A stretch of DNA of 63,980 nucleotides, the filler included, from Licmophora abbreviata (taxonomy: Eukaryota): the NCBI GenBank assembly GCA_900291995.1. It is 17 parts of 17 records of this genome, joined end to end, with 100 filler letters (N's around TTAATTAATTAA, not from the genome) between each part and the next. Parts side by side here need not be neighbours in the genome. Positions count along the whole stretch, not along the records: positions 40,227 to 41,925 come from OLMU01004739.1; positions 42,026 to 44,213 come from OLMU01004740.1; positions 44,314 to 45,367 come from OLMU01004741.1; positions 45,468 to 48,227 come from OLMU01004742.1; positions 48,328 to 52,561 come from OLMU01004743.1; positions 52,662 to 59,702 come from OLMU01004744.1; 11 more parts are not named here. One strand, written 5' to 3'. The position numbers and the translations under genes were made by a program. The notes beneath the pieces are model-generated. The model was not told the origin of the DNA. It searched no databases and worked only from the letters and a program-made list of their open reading frames with translations. Positions 40,227-58,571 of this stretch are shown one piece after another (positions within the stretch are counted from its first letter, which is position 1; each line of letters begins with the position of its first letter).

Positions 40227-40976
40227 GGTGTCGGGGTCTTCGCCATCCATCAGCAGATCGAGGAGATCGGGCACCGCGTCTGGCTCGGTCTGGCTGCGCG
40301 CGCGGCGGGCTTCGATCGCCTCGTCGGCGACGCGTTTCATTTGGGCCACGGCATCACCCGACATCACCCGCCCCGGACGCGGCACCCAGTCGGGAAAGCC
40401 CAGGATGTCGAATAACGAGATCTTGCCCGCCTGCGCGATATAGGCGTCGATCCCCTGATGTACGGCATCCGCCGCAAAGCCGCCATCGCCCGAAAAGGTC
40501 ACGTCGGCGATCACGTCGAAGGTGGTGCGGACCATGTCGGCGGCCATGTCGACGGCACGCGGACCGGCGGCAGTGATCCGGGCGCAACTGCGTTCAGCGG
40601 CGGCACTCATGATGGGCGCGAGGTTCATGACGTTGCGATGCGAAAACACCGGCGCTGCCGTGCGCCGCTGCCAGCGCCAATGCGCGCCTTCGGCGATGAA
40701 GAGCGACTCTCCGATCGCGGGGCGCAAAAGCGCCTTGGTGATCACTGATTTGGGATAGGTGTCGACCTCTTCCAGAAGCATTCGGCGGATCGCCGTAGGC
40801 TCCATCACCATGTGCCAGCGCTTGCCGGTGCGGCCCGAGACGATCGGCTCGGTCGTGGCGAGGCGTGGAATGATGCCCAGAATGTTACGGCGCGAGGCCT
40901 GAAGGCTGGCGAGGATGCCCATCGGCTCATCCACCAGCGGGACATGGACGGGCAGCGAGATGTCGGTCGGGATCAT
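40227..40976 (-). CDS. Cytochrome P450, 5' part
   Basis: GESLFIAEGAHWRWQRRTAAPVF (C-helix WxxxR) and PDLLDLL before the I-helix. The heme Cys lies in the gap. Confidence 0.82.
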
Positions 40977-41102
40977 GGCGTCCTCAAACGGTGTCCATGG
41001 GAATATAGGTGGCGCCGGGTGCCGGGCAACGCGCCGCCCAAATCGTTGCGCATGAGGGATGCGTGGGGTATGGGGCGCAAAGATGACCTGAGGGGGACGA
41101 AG

Positions 41103-41804
41103 ATGCTGCGCCTTTTTGCCATGCTGGCCATGATGACGATCGTTGCGGCCTGCACCAATCCCGATGATCTGGATGAAGCGCCGGTTTATCTTGGGGATTT
41201 CAATCTGGCGCATAATGTCGTGGTGGCGCCCAATCTGACGCGGGGCCCGGTGTCGCGCGAGGCCACCGAGGAAGAGTGGATCGAGGCGATGACCAGCGCC
41301 ATCGACGAGCGGTTCGGACGCTACGAGGGTACCCGTCTTTATCATCTGGGCATCAGCGTCGAAGGCTATGTGCTGGCGATCCCGGGCCTGCCGTTGGTGG
41401 CGTCTCCGCGCTCGGCCCTGATCTTGCGGGTCACCGTCTGGGATGATGCCAAGCAGGAGAAGCTGAATGCGGAGCCGCATCAGGTGACGGTGGTCGAAAG
41501 CATGTCGCCCCGCACCATGCTGGGCTCGGGGCTGACGCAGAGCAAGGCGCAGCAGATGCGCAATCTCAGCCGCAATGCCGCCAAGCTGATCCAGAACTGG
41601 CTGGTGCGCGAGAATGTCGACAAGGGCTGGTTCGAAGGCGGTGAGCAGGGCCGTGCCGAGGCGCTGGCCGCGCTGCAGGCGATCGAGGCCGCCGAGGCGG
41701 CGCAAGCCGCGTCGGAAACGCCCGGCGAGACACCCGAACCCGCAAGCGACGAGAGCGCTGTGGCGCCTGAGGAAGACATTGGCGAAACACCCGTCGCCGA
41801 GTGA
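41103..41804 (+). CDS. Putative lipoprotein of unknown function
   Basis: Lipobox IVAA-C after a hydrophobic signal; acidic low-complexity tail. Confidence 0.75.
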   Translation: MLRLFAMLAMMTIVAACTNPDDLDEAPVYLGDFNLAHNVVVAPNLTRGPVSREATEEEWIEAMTSAIDERFGRYEGTRLYHLGISVEGYVLAIPGLPLVASPRSALILRVTVWDDAKQEKLNAEPHQVTVVESMSPRTMLGSGLTQSKAQQMRNLSRNAAKLIQNWLVRENVDKGWFEGGEQGRAEALAALQAIEAAEAAQAASETPGETPEPASDESAVAPEEDIGETPVAE

Positions 41805-41915
41805 TGGCGCGCGCCCCGCACGAACTGCTTGATTTTCACCCCGCAAGCCAATAAACGGCGCGCGGAGCATCAAACGGGCCGGATGGCCCCCCAACTGAAC
41901 AAGGCGCCCGGAGAC

Positions 41916-41925
41916 ATGGCAAAGG
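41916..41925 (+). CDS. tuf: Probable start of elongation factor Tu (remainder in the gap)
   Basis: GGAGAC-ATG GCA AAG G (MAK...) with a strong RBS at the contig end, ahead of the secE-nusG-rpoBC region. Duplicated tuf genes commonly break assemblies. Confidence 0.55.
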
Positions 41926-42044
41926 NNNNNNNNNNNNNNNNNNNNNNNNNNNNNNNNNNNNNNNNNNNNTTAATTAATTAANNNNNNNNNNNNNNNNNNN
42001 NNNNNNNNNNNNNNNNNNNNNNNNNGGTATCCGATAGGTCTTGC

Positions 42045-42072
42045 AGGGGGCGTCCTTCGGGGCGCCCTTTTT
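42045..42072 (+). terminator. Rho-independent terminator
   Basis: AGGGGGCGTCC-TTCG-GGGCGCCCTTTTT with a cUUCGg loop. Confidence 0.85.
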
Positions 42073-42376
42073 GCTTGGACCGGCGCGCAAGGGCGTCACG
42101 CGCCGAGGATTCGGGTGGATGTCAGGCCCGATCCGTCAAGATGCCGCAGGTGCGACCCTGCCCGCGGCCTGTGTTTTCACATGCAGAAACCGGGATGTTC
42201 GGCAGGCCAAGGCGCCGTGCCGGGGGGACGGATTAGTGATGCAAAACAATGGCAAGCCGGATGTTTCTGCAGGTGCGAGAACGCCATCTGCATACGACGG
42301 TATTCCACTAAGCCATTGAAAACTTGACTTTTTTCAGCATTCCGTCACTCTTTGCGCAGATGTCGGGGAGACGCGG

Positions 42377-43237
42377 ATGGATCAGTTGAATGTCAGGGCT
42401 TGGGAAGGCCGTACGGAGTTGCAGGAGGGGTGTATATCGCCAGCTCAGGCCGCGCAGATCCATGCAACTCTGGGGACGCCGGGCAGCAGACCGCCAGCGA
42501 TGGGTGACCTGCTGGAGCCGCTGTGGCACTGGTGTGCGTTCAATCCCACGGCGCCCTTGGCGGAGCTGTCACGCGACGGTCATCCGGCGCTTGGGGATTT
42601 CCTGCCGCCGGTTCGTCTGGAACGGCGGATGTGGGCCAGTGGGGCGCTGAGCTTTGGCGCGCCGCTCAGAGTGGGCGAGCGGCTGACAAAGCGATCTTTC
42701 ATCCGCAGCGTGGTGGAAAAGGAAGGCAAGACCGGGCCGATGGTTCTGGTTTCGGTCGATCACCGGATTTACGGCGAACAGGGTCTGGCGATCGAAGAGC
42801 GGCAGGATATCGTCTATCTCGACATCCCCGACAGGTTCCGCCCGCCCGCTGCCCGCCCGCTGCCCGAGCGCCCGGCGCTGCACAAACAGATCCGGTTGAG
42901 CGAGGCGCTCTTGTTCCGGTATTCAGCGCTGACCTTCAACGCGCACCGCATTCACTACGATCTGCCCTATGCGCAGGAGGTCGAGCATTACCCGGGTCTT
43001 GTGGTGCACGGGCCGATGCAGGCGACCTGGCTTATTCAGGCGGCGTGTCAGTACAAGGGCCGACGACCCAGCCATTTCGATTTCCGCGCCGTGCATCCGG
43101 TGTTCCTGAGCCGCGGCGAAAGCCGCGATCTGGAGATCATGGGCACCGAGGACGAGACCGGCGCGGTACTGCTCTGCACCGGCCAGCAAGGACATCAGGG
43201 CATGCAGGCCACAGCCATTTGGGAGGAAACGGTATGA
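42377..43237 (+). CDS. meh: Mesaconyl-C4-CoA / itaconyl-CoA hydratase family (double hot-dog fold)
   Basis: PLWHW, DGHP, RRMWASG, EERQDIVY, LFRYSALTFNAHRIHYD, GLVVHGP; translationally coupled to mct. Confidence 0.78.
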   Translation: MDQLNVRAWEGRTELQEGCISPAQAAQIHATLGTPGSRPPAMGDLLEPLWHWCAFNPTAPLAELSRDGHPALGDFLPPVRLERRMWASGALSFGAPLRVGERLTKRSFIRSVVEKEGKTGPMVLVSVDHRIYGEQGLAIEERQDIVYLDIPDRFRPPAARPLPERPALHKQIRLSEALLFRYSALTFNAHRIHYDLPYAQEVEHYPGLVVHGPMQATWLIQAACQYKGRRPSHFDFRAVHPVFLSRGESRDLEIMGTEDETGAVLLCTGQQGHQGMQATAIWEETV

Positions 43238-44213
43238 ACAGGTTGCTCAACGGAATGCGGGTGGTCGAAGGCTCGGCGTTTGTAGCCGTGCCGCTGGCGG
43301 GAATGACGCTGGCGCAGATGGGGGCCGAGGTGATCCGCTTTGACCGGATCGAAGGCGGATTGGACGCAGGGCGCTGGCCGCTGGCCCCCTCCGGGCGCAG
43401 CTTGTTCTGGGCAGGGCTGAACAAGGGCAAGAAATCGATCGCGGTGGATATGCGCAGCCCCGAAGGCAAAGAGCTGGTTACCCGGATCATCACCGCCCCC
43501 GGAAAGGATGCGGGACTGTTCCTGACCAATCTGAGGGTGCGCGGCTGGATGGATTACGAAACGCTCAGCCAGTATCGCCGCGATCTTATCATGGTCACGC
43601 TGATGGGCGACCGACATGGCCGCCCGCAGGTGGATTACACGGTCAATCCGGCACTTGGCATCCCCGAGATGACCGGTCCCGAAGGCCATGACGCGCCCGT
43701 GGCCAGCGCACTTCCGGCATGGGATCTGATCGCAGGAAACATGGTGGTGTCGGCGCTTCTTGCGGCCGAGCGTCACCGCCTGCGAGAGGGCGAAGGCCAG
43801 GATGTGGAAATTGCGCTGAAGGACGTGGCGGCAGCAACCATCGGCCATCTGGGCATGATCGGCGATGCGCTCGTCAATCAGACGGAACGCGGCAAATCCG
43901 GCAACGCGCTTTATGGCGCGTATGGGCAGGATTTCGAATGCGCCTGCGGGCGGCGGGTCATGGTGATCGGGCTGACGGGGCGGCAATGGGCGGGGCTGGT
44001 GAAGGTGACCGGCACCGGAGACGCGATGGACCGGCTGGCCAAGCGCACGGGCCACGATCTTGAGGATGAAGGCGTGCGTTGGGAGCTGCGGCACGAGATC
44101 ACCGAGATTCTCCGGCCCTGGTTCGCGGCGCGCCGGGTCGAGGAGTTCGCCGAGCAGTTCGAGGCCCGTGGCCTGACATGGTCGATCTTCCGCAGCGTGA
44201 AGCAAGCGGTGCG
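43234..44213 (+). CDS. mct: Mesaconyl-CoA C1-C4 CoA transferase (family III CoA transferase); 3' end in the gap
   Basis: GMRVVEGSAFVAVPLAGMTLAQMGAEVIRFD, RWP, SLFWAGLNKGK, VDYTVNPALG, LPAWD (catalytic Asp), YGAYGQDF; these match Chloroflexus Mct as I recall it. Confidence 0.85.
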
Positions 44214-44508
44214 NNNNNNNNNNNNNNNNNNNNNNNNNNNNNNNNNNNNNNNNNNNNTTAATTAATTAANNNNNNNNNNNNNNNNNNNNNNNNNNNNNNN
44301 NNNNNNNNNNNNNATCTTTCGGGATCGAAGGGCACGTCGCTGAAGGATGCCCCGGACCCGTTCGAGCGACTGGCCAGAGAGGCCCGCGACGACTGAGCGA
44401 GGGCAGCATCGCCACATGGCTGCCTTCTGCTGGAGCGTGGCCCCTTGAATTCGCGCGCCCGCCCGAGTATGTCGCCCGTCAACCGGTACAGGAAAGTAGA
44501 CAGCGCCC

Positions 44509-44706
44509 ATGGCACGCACAAATCCGCTTCAGTTCATTCAGCAGGTCCGCGCAGAAGTGGCGAAAGTGGTCTGGCCCACCCGCCGCGAGGTTCTGTTGAC
44601 CACGGTCATGGTGTTCATCATGGCGGCCCTGACGGCGGTCTTCTTCGCGCTGGTCGATCTTGGTATTCGCAGCGGGCTGCAGGGCCTGCTGTCGATATTC
44701 GGCTGA
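44509..44706 (+). CDS. secE: Preprotein translocase SecE
   Basis: FIQQVRAEVAKVVWPTRRE plus a single TM helix. Confidence 0.95.
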   Translation: MARTNPLQFIQQVRAEVAKVVWPTRREVLLTTVMVFIMAALTAVFFALVDLGIRSGLQGLLSIFG

Positions 44707-44921
44707 CAGGCCCCCGTGAGACGGTGTGAGGGGCGAGAAAAGTGCGCCTTCGCCCTTGAAACCGCAAGCGATCACGGGTAAGCCGCAGGTCACTTCGGAA
44801 TATGGCGCGCGGCGATTCGGGTTGCGCGCCGATTTTTGTTTCGGGAACTCCGGGTTCATATCCGGAAGGAATTCTAGAATATCGGTCGAATGGCCGGCAG
44901 CGACAAGGGCATGGGTCGGAC

Positions 44922-45367
44922 ATGGCGAAACGGTGGTACTCGGTCAGTGTTCTCTCGAATTTCGAAAAGAGGATCGCCGAGCAGATCAGACAATCCGTTG
45001 CCGAACAGGGGCTCGAAGAGGAAATCGACGAGGTTCTGGTCCCCACCGAAGAGGTGATCGAGGTGCGGCGCGGCAAGAAGGTGACAACCGAACGCCGTTT
45101 CATGCCCGGCTATGTGCTGGTCCATATGGAAATGTCGGACCGCGGGTATCACCTCGTTAATTCGATCAATCGGGTCACCGGCTTTCTGGGTCCGCAGGGT
45201 CGCCCGATGCCGATGCGCGATGCCGAGGTCAATGCCATCCTGAACCGCGTTCAGGAAGGCGAGGACTCGCCGCGCACTCTGATCCATTACGAGATCGGTG
45301 AGCGGGTGAAGGTGAACGACGGCCCGTTCGAGGATTTTGACGGCATGGTCGAGGAAGTGGACGAAGA
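44922..45367 (+). CDS. nusG: Transcription antitermination factor NusG (3' end in the gap)
   Basis: MAKRWYSV, FMPGYVLV, VTGFLG, KOW motif VKVNDGPFEDFDG. Confidence 0.96.
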
Positions 45368-45477
45368 NNNNNNNNNNNNNNNNNNNNNNNNNNNNNNNNN
45401 NNNNNNNNNNNTTAATTAATTAANNNNNNNNNNNNNNNNNNNNNNNNNNNNNNNNNNNNNNNNNNNNGAGTGAAACT

Positions 45478-45996
45478 GTGGATAGAGCCCAGAAAGAGAA
45501 AGTGGTCGAGGAACTCGGCCAAATCTTTGAAAGCTCTGGCGTCGTAGTGGTTGCCCACTACGCGGGTCTTACAGTTGCCGAGATGCAGGATCTTCGTGCA
45601 CGCGCCCGCGCGGCCGATGCATCCGTTCGCGTCGCCAAGAACAGGCTCGCCAAGATCGCCCTTGAGGGCAAGCCGTGCGAAAGCATTGCTGGCTATCTCA
45701 CGGGTATGACGGTTCTGACCTATTCGGAAGATCCTGTGTCCGCCGCCAAGGTGGCAGAGGGTTTCGCTAAGGACAACTCGAAATTCGAGATCCTCGGCGG
45801 TGCGATGGGATCGGATCCGCTGGACCGTGCCGGTGTCAAAGCCGTGTCCGACATGCCGTCGCGCGAAGAGCTTCTTGCTCAGATCGCTGGCATGCTGGGC
45901 GCACCCGCTTCGAACATCGCCGGTGCAATTGGCGCCCCTGCTTCTAACATCGCGAGCATCCTTTCGACCATCGAAGAGAAGGCCGAAGCTGCGTAA
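45478..45996 (+). CDS. rplJ: 50S ribosomal protein L10
   Basis: [34 protein letters not shown]. Confidence 0.96.
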   Translation: MDRAQKEKVVEELGQIFESSGVVVVAHYAGLTVAEMQDLRARARAADASVRVAKNRLAKIALEGKPCESIAGYLTGMTVLTYSEDPVSAAKVAEGFAKDNSKFEILGGAMGSDPLDRAGVKAVSDMPSREELLAQIAGMLGAPASNIAGAIGAPASNIASILSTIEEKAEAA

Positions 45997-46070
45997 GCGA
46001 GCAACTGGAATATCCGCGTTTGGGGAATGCCCGACGTTGGAACACATCTTAAAACGGAAAGAGCTGAACA

Positions 46071-46451
46071 ATGGCTGATCTGAAAAAACTTGCTGAAGAG
46101 ATCGTTGGACTGACGCTTCTCGAAGCACAGGAACTGAAAACCATCCTGAAAGACGAGTATGGCATCGAGCCCGCCGCTGGCGGCGCCGTGATGATGGCTG
46201 GTCCGGCTGGCGACGCAGGTGCTGCGGCAGCTGAAGAGCAGACCGAATTCGACGTCATCCTGAAGTCGGCAGGCGCGTCCAAGATCAACGTGATCAAGGA
46301 AGTCCGCGCAATCACCGGTCTGGGCCTGAAAGAAGCCAAGGACCTGGTCGAAGCCGGTGGCAAGGCCGTCAAGGAGCAGGTCTCCAAGGACGAAGCCGAA
46401 GAGATCAAGAAGAAGCTTGAAGAAGCTGGCGCAGAAGTCGAGCTCAAGTAA
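46071..46451 (+). CDS. rplL: 50S ribosomal protein L7/L12
   Basis: [24 protein letters not shown]. Confidence 0.98.
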   Translation: MADLKKLAEEIVGLTLLEAQELKTILKDEYGIEPAAGGAVMMAGPAGDAGAAAAEEQTEFDVILKSAGASKINVIKEVRAITGLGLKEAKDLVEAGGKAVKEQVSKDEAEEIKKKLEEAGAEVELK

Positions 46452-46485
46452 TCGGTTTGCCAGGGCAACCTGGCGACACATCACA

Positions 46486-46554
46486 GGCTGGGTCCGGATT
46501 TCCGGGCCCAGCCAAACCTGTCTCAGCAAGGCCCTGATTTGTCAGGGGTTTTCT
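46486..46554 (+). promoter_or_regulatory. rplL-rpoB intercistronic hairpins (attenuator or processing site candidates)
   Basis: GGCTGGGTCCGGA-tt-TCCGGGCCCAGCC followed by GGCCCTGA-tttg-TCAGGGGTTTTCT. Confidence 0.55.
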
Positions 46555-46691
46555 AAGGCGAGGTTTTCACGATCGGGAGGCTTCTGGTGGGACAGAGGCC
46601 GGGAATGGATCGAACCCGCCATCTCGGATGGGCGTGCTGCTGTGGCCCGACAGCAGGTGCGACCGGTGAGAAACGAAAGGTGACCAGACAC

Positions 46692-55250
<8,559 letters not shown>

Positions 55251-55269
55251 GACCGGTCGCAAGACCATC

Positions 55270-55304
55270 AAAAGGCCCCGCAGACCCATCTGCGGGGCCT
55301 TTTT
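55270..55304 (+). terminator. rpoC Rho-independent terminator
   Basis: AAAAGGCCCCGCAGA-ccca-TCTGCGGGGCCTTTTT. Confidence 0.9.
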
Positions 55305-55374
55305 GCGTCAAGCGGGGTCCGCAGCAGTGACGATTCTTGTTGCAATCAGGGATGATCCTGACAATCGATAGGCC

Positions 55375-57105
55375 ATGCGCCGGTCTCAAACCCTTCTTGC
55401 CGCATTGGCGGTTGCCTTTGTGGCGGCCTGCATTTTCTGGGTTTCGCTGAGCTATTTCCAATCCGAGGAGCGCAGCAAGGCGCAGGGGCGTTTGTCGCTT
55501 TATCGCAGCACGGTCCTTGCCGAGTTGGAGCGATTTTCGCACCTTACATATGTCTTGGCGCGTGATCCCTTCGTGATCGAGACATCGCTTGGCGCCGACA
55601 CCCGTGCCTTGAACCGCCGGTTTGCCGCATTCGCCCAGAAGTCAGGGCTGGACGCGATTTATCTGATGCGACCTGACGGGTTGACGATCTCGGCGTCCAA
55701 TGCCGGAGAACCAGGCAGTTTCGTCGGGCAGGATTATTCGTTCCGGCCCTACTTCAAGGATGCCATCAAGGGACGGCAAGGGCGCTTTTACGGGATCGGG
55801 GCGACAACGGGCTTGCCGGGATATTTCATCGCCGATGCCGTGCGCGGGCCAGATGACGCGGTGTCGGGGGTCGTGGCGATCAAGCTGGATCTGTCCGGGC
55901 TGGAAGCAAGCTGGCGTGAGGCTGGCGAACAGGTGATCCTTGCCAATGACGATGGTGTCGTGCTGTTGGCCTCGGATGCGGACTGGCGCTATACTTTGCT
56001 GACAGACATCACGACCGAGCAAAGCGATGCCATCCGCGCCTCGCGTCAATTCCCTGGACAGGCTCTGGACCGGCTGGATTGGCAGCCGAAATCCGGACAA
56101 CGCGCCGTGATTGGCGGCGGCGAGCGCATCCATCTCAGCGCGCATGATTTGCCGCATGGCTGGGTTTTGCACTACTTCACAAGCGATGACCGCGCCGTGG
56201 TGCGAAGCCTGTTGGTCACGGGCATCGCCGTGATCCTGGCGGCGCTGGCATTCATCTTCTCGCAATTGCGCAGGACCCGCCGGATCGGGGCAGCGTTGCG
56301 CAAGTCGGTGGCCGAAGAGGCACAGCTGCGGCAGGCCAACGAACGGCTGGCCTTCGAGATCGAAGAGCGCAAGGCGGCGGAGCGGCAACTGAAGCGGACC
56401 CGCGGTGAATTGGAGCGTGCCAGCAGGCTTGCGGCACTTGGGCAGTTGGCGGCGTCAGTCACACATGAGTTGGGACAGCCGCTTGCTGCAATGCGCAACC
56501 ATCTGGCGGCGGCTGAATTGAGCGGCGCGGCAAATCGCGGGCTGCTGCCGCGCATCGGCGGGTTGGTGGACCGGATGGAGGGGATCACCCGACAGCTGAA
56601 ATTCTTTTCGCGCACCGATGGCGAAGGGTTTCGCGAGGTTGACCTGCGTCAGGCGGCACAGGCCGCGCTAGAGCTTGTGGCTCCGAATATCGAACAGGCC
56701 GAGGCCAGCGTGACCCTTGAGGTGCCGGATGAACCCGTCCTTGTGAGGGGCGATCAGTTGCGCCTCGAGCAGGTGATAACCAACATTTTGCGTAATGCCA
56801 TGGATGCGCTGGAAGACAGCACGGAGCGACATCTGTCGGTGCGGATCGGCACCACTGGCGACAAAGGCTGGTTCGAGGTCCGCGACACTGGACATGGACT
56901 GGGCGACGCGACCCTGTCGGATCTGCAGGAGCCGTTTTTCACCACGCGAGAAAGCGGGCGGGGCATGGGTCTTGGGCTTGCGATATCGGCCAGTATCGTC
57001 AAGGAACATCATGGCCGGATGTCGGCATGTAACGCCTCTTCGGGCGGCGCCGTGTTCCGGGTGGAAATTCCGCTCAAAGAGACCGAAGAGGAGGCCGCCG
57101 CTTGA
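55375..57105 (+). CDS. dctB: C4-dicarboxylate sensor histidine kinase (DctB-like)
   Basis: Periplasmic dCache with SFVGQDYSFRPYF and GATTGLPGY; ASVTHELGQPL, LRNAMDA, EPFFTT, GMGLGLAIS. Confidence 0.88.
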   Translation: MRRSQTLLAALAVAFVAACIFWVSLSYFQSEERSKAQGRLSLYRSTVLAELERFSHLTYVLARDPFVIETSLGADTRALNRRFAAFAQKSGLDAIYLMRPDGLTISASNAGEPGSFVGQDYSFRPYFKDAIKGRQGRFYGIGATTGLPGYFIADAVRGPDDAVSGVVAIKLDLSGLEASWREAGEQVILANDDGVVLLASDADWRYTLLTDITTEQSDAIRASRQFPGQALDRLDWQPKSGQRAVIGGGERIHLSAHDLPHGWVLHYFTSDDRAVVRSLLVTGIAVILAALAFIFSQLRRTRRIGAALRKSVAEEAQLRQANERLAFEIEERKAAERQLKRTRGELERASRLAALGQLAASVTHELGQPLAAMRNHLAAAELSGAANRGLLPRIGGLVDRMEGITRQLKFFSRTDGEGFREVDLRQAAQAALELVAPNIEQAEASVTLEVPDEPVLVRGDQLRLEQVITNILRNAMDALEDSTERHLSVRIGTTGDKGWFEVRDTGHGLGDATLSDLQEPFFTTRESGRGMGLGLAISASIVKEHHGRMSACNASSGGAVFRVEIPLKETEEEAAA

Positions 57106-58439
57106 GCCGCAGCCAGATACGAACCATCCTGCTGATCGATGACGACCGCTCCATGCGCGAGTCGCTCGTCGATCTGCTTGAGGCTGATGGATGGCGGGCA
57201 GAGGCCGTCTCGCGGGCGCAAAAGGGCGTCGACCTGTTGCCGGACCTGCAGCCAGATGTGATCCTTTCGGATGTCAAGATGCCCGGCATGTCGGGCCTTG
57301 ATCTGCTGGGGCAGCTTGCGCCTGATATCTCGCCGCCTCTGGTGCTGATCTCGGCGCATGGAGACATTCCGATGGCCGTCAAGGCCATGCAGGACGGGGC
57401 GTATTCCTTCGTCGAAAAGCCATACGAGCCGCGCCGCCTTTTGACGATTCTGCGCCATGCGGCCGATCAGCACCTCATGCGGCGCACGAATGAACGGCTC
57501 AAGGCGCGGCTGATGAGACTGTCCGGGCTGGACCGCGCCTTGTTGGGACAAACACCCGAAACCCGCGCCTTGCGCGAGGATGTTCTGGATTTGGCCGAAA
57601 GCGATGCGCCTGTTCTGGTTCTGGGGCAGACCGGCACCGGCAAGGAACTGGTGGCCCGAGCGCTGCACGATCTCAGCCCGGCTGGGGATGGACCCTTCGT
57701 GGCTTTGAACTGCGCGGCGCTTTCGGTGGATAGTTTCGAGACCGAGATGTTCGGCGGTCATGCAGGGCAGGGCAGTCGCCTTTTGGCGGCGAATGGTGGG
57801 ACCTTGTTTCTGGACGAGATCTGTTCCTGCCCTCTTCAGGTGCAGGCCAAACTGCTGCGCGTGATCGAGGACAAACAGATCTTGCCCACGGCGGGCGGCC
57901 CTCCCATTCCACTTGCGTTTCGCGTGGTATCGGCCACGAACGAAGACCCCGAGCAGGCGGTCGAAGAGGGCCGTTTGCGCCGTGATCTGCTGTTTCGGCT
58001 GAATACGATGATGGTCAGCCTGCCAACTCTTCACCAAAGGCGTGATGACCTGTTGCTGCTCTTTACGCATTTCACGCAAGAGTTCGCCCGCGTCTACGAG
58101 ACAGCGCCCCCGCCCCTGACGCAAGAAGACATCGCCGCCCTGATGGCCCATGACTGGCCCGGAAATGTGCGTGAATTGCGCAATGTGGCCGAACGCCGGG
58201 TGCTGGCGTCGCGTCGCGGGGGCGGGTCAGTGGCGCAGGCCATGCGGATCGATCCCACAGATGATATTCCAAACACCTTGCGCGAGGCTGTCGCCTCGTT
58301 TGAGCGCGAGTTGATCGCAAAGGCGATCAAGGCGCATGAGGGCCGCATGGATGCCGTGGCAGAGGCTCTTGGTATCGGGCGGCGCACTTTGAACGAAAAG
58401 ATCGTCAAGCTCGCCTTGGACAAGGAGGCGCTGTTGTAG
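57102..58439 (+). CDS. dctD: DctD-like NtrC-family response regulator lacking the GAFTGA loop
   Basis: REC domain, GQTGTGKE, GGTLFLDEI, WPGNVRELRN and Fis HTH. FETEMFGGHAGQGSRLL stands where ESELFGHxxGAFTGA normally is. Confidence 0.85.
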   Translation: MSRSQIRTILLIDDDRSMRESLVDLLEADGWRAEAVSRAQKGVDLLPDLQPDVILSDVKMPGMSGLDLLGQLAPDISPPLVLISAHGDIPMAVKAMQDGAYSFVEKPYEPRRLLTILRHAADQHLMRRTNERLKARLMRLSGLDRALLGQTPETRALREDVLDLAESDAPVLVLGQTGTGKELVARALHDLSPAGDGPFVALNCAALSVDSFETEMFGGHAGQGSRLLAANGGTLFLDEICSCPLQVQAKLLRVIEDKQILPTAGGPPIPLAFRVVSATNEDPEQAVEEGRLRRDLLFRLNTMMVSLPTLHQRRDDLLLLFTHFTQEFARVYETAPPPLTQEDIAALMAHDWPGNVRELRNVAERRVLASRRGGGSVAQAMRIDPTDDIPNTLREAVASFERELIAKAIKAHEGRMDAVAEALGIGRRTLNEKIVKLALDKEALL

Positions 58440-58454
58440 ACCGGCACTTCCAGC

Positions 58455-58472
58455 CCTGCGGATTTCCGCAGG
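58455..58472. promoter_or_regulatory. DctD-type upstream activator palindrome before dctP
   Basis: CCTGCGGATTTCCGCAGG resembles the rhizobial DctD site TGTGCGGAAATCCGCACA. Weaker GCGGAT half-sites follow at about 58478 and 58516. Confidence 0.72.
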
Positions 58473-58571
58473 ACCTTGCGGATCTTCCCGGCGGTTTTCT
58501 TCGTTGGAGCGACGCGCGGATTTACCGATACTCGCGCCATCGATCCGCATGATACCTTGGGAGGAGACACC

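Noticed and set aside
44314..44508. tRNA-Trp or an identifiable gene end upstream of secE
   Set aside because: No cloverleaf or TTCGAAT T-loop is visible. The short frame ending PDPFERLAREARDD cannot be assigned.
45368..45467. Loss of rplK-rplA between nusG and rplJ
   Set aside because: The junction is an assembly gap, so the genes are most likely in the unsequenced part.
58441..58460. CCGGCAC as a sigma54 -24 element
   Set aside because: There is no GC at the required GG-N10-GC spacing.
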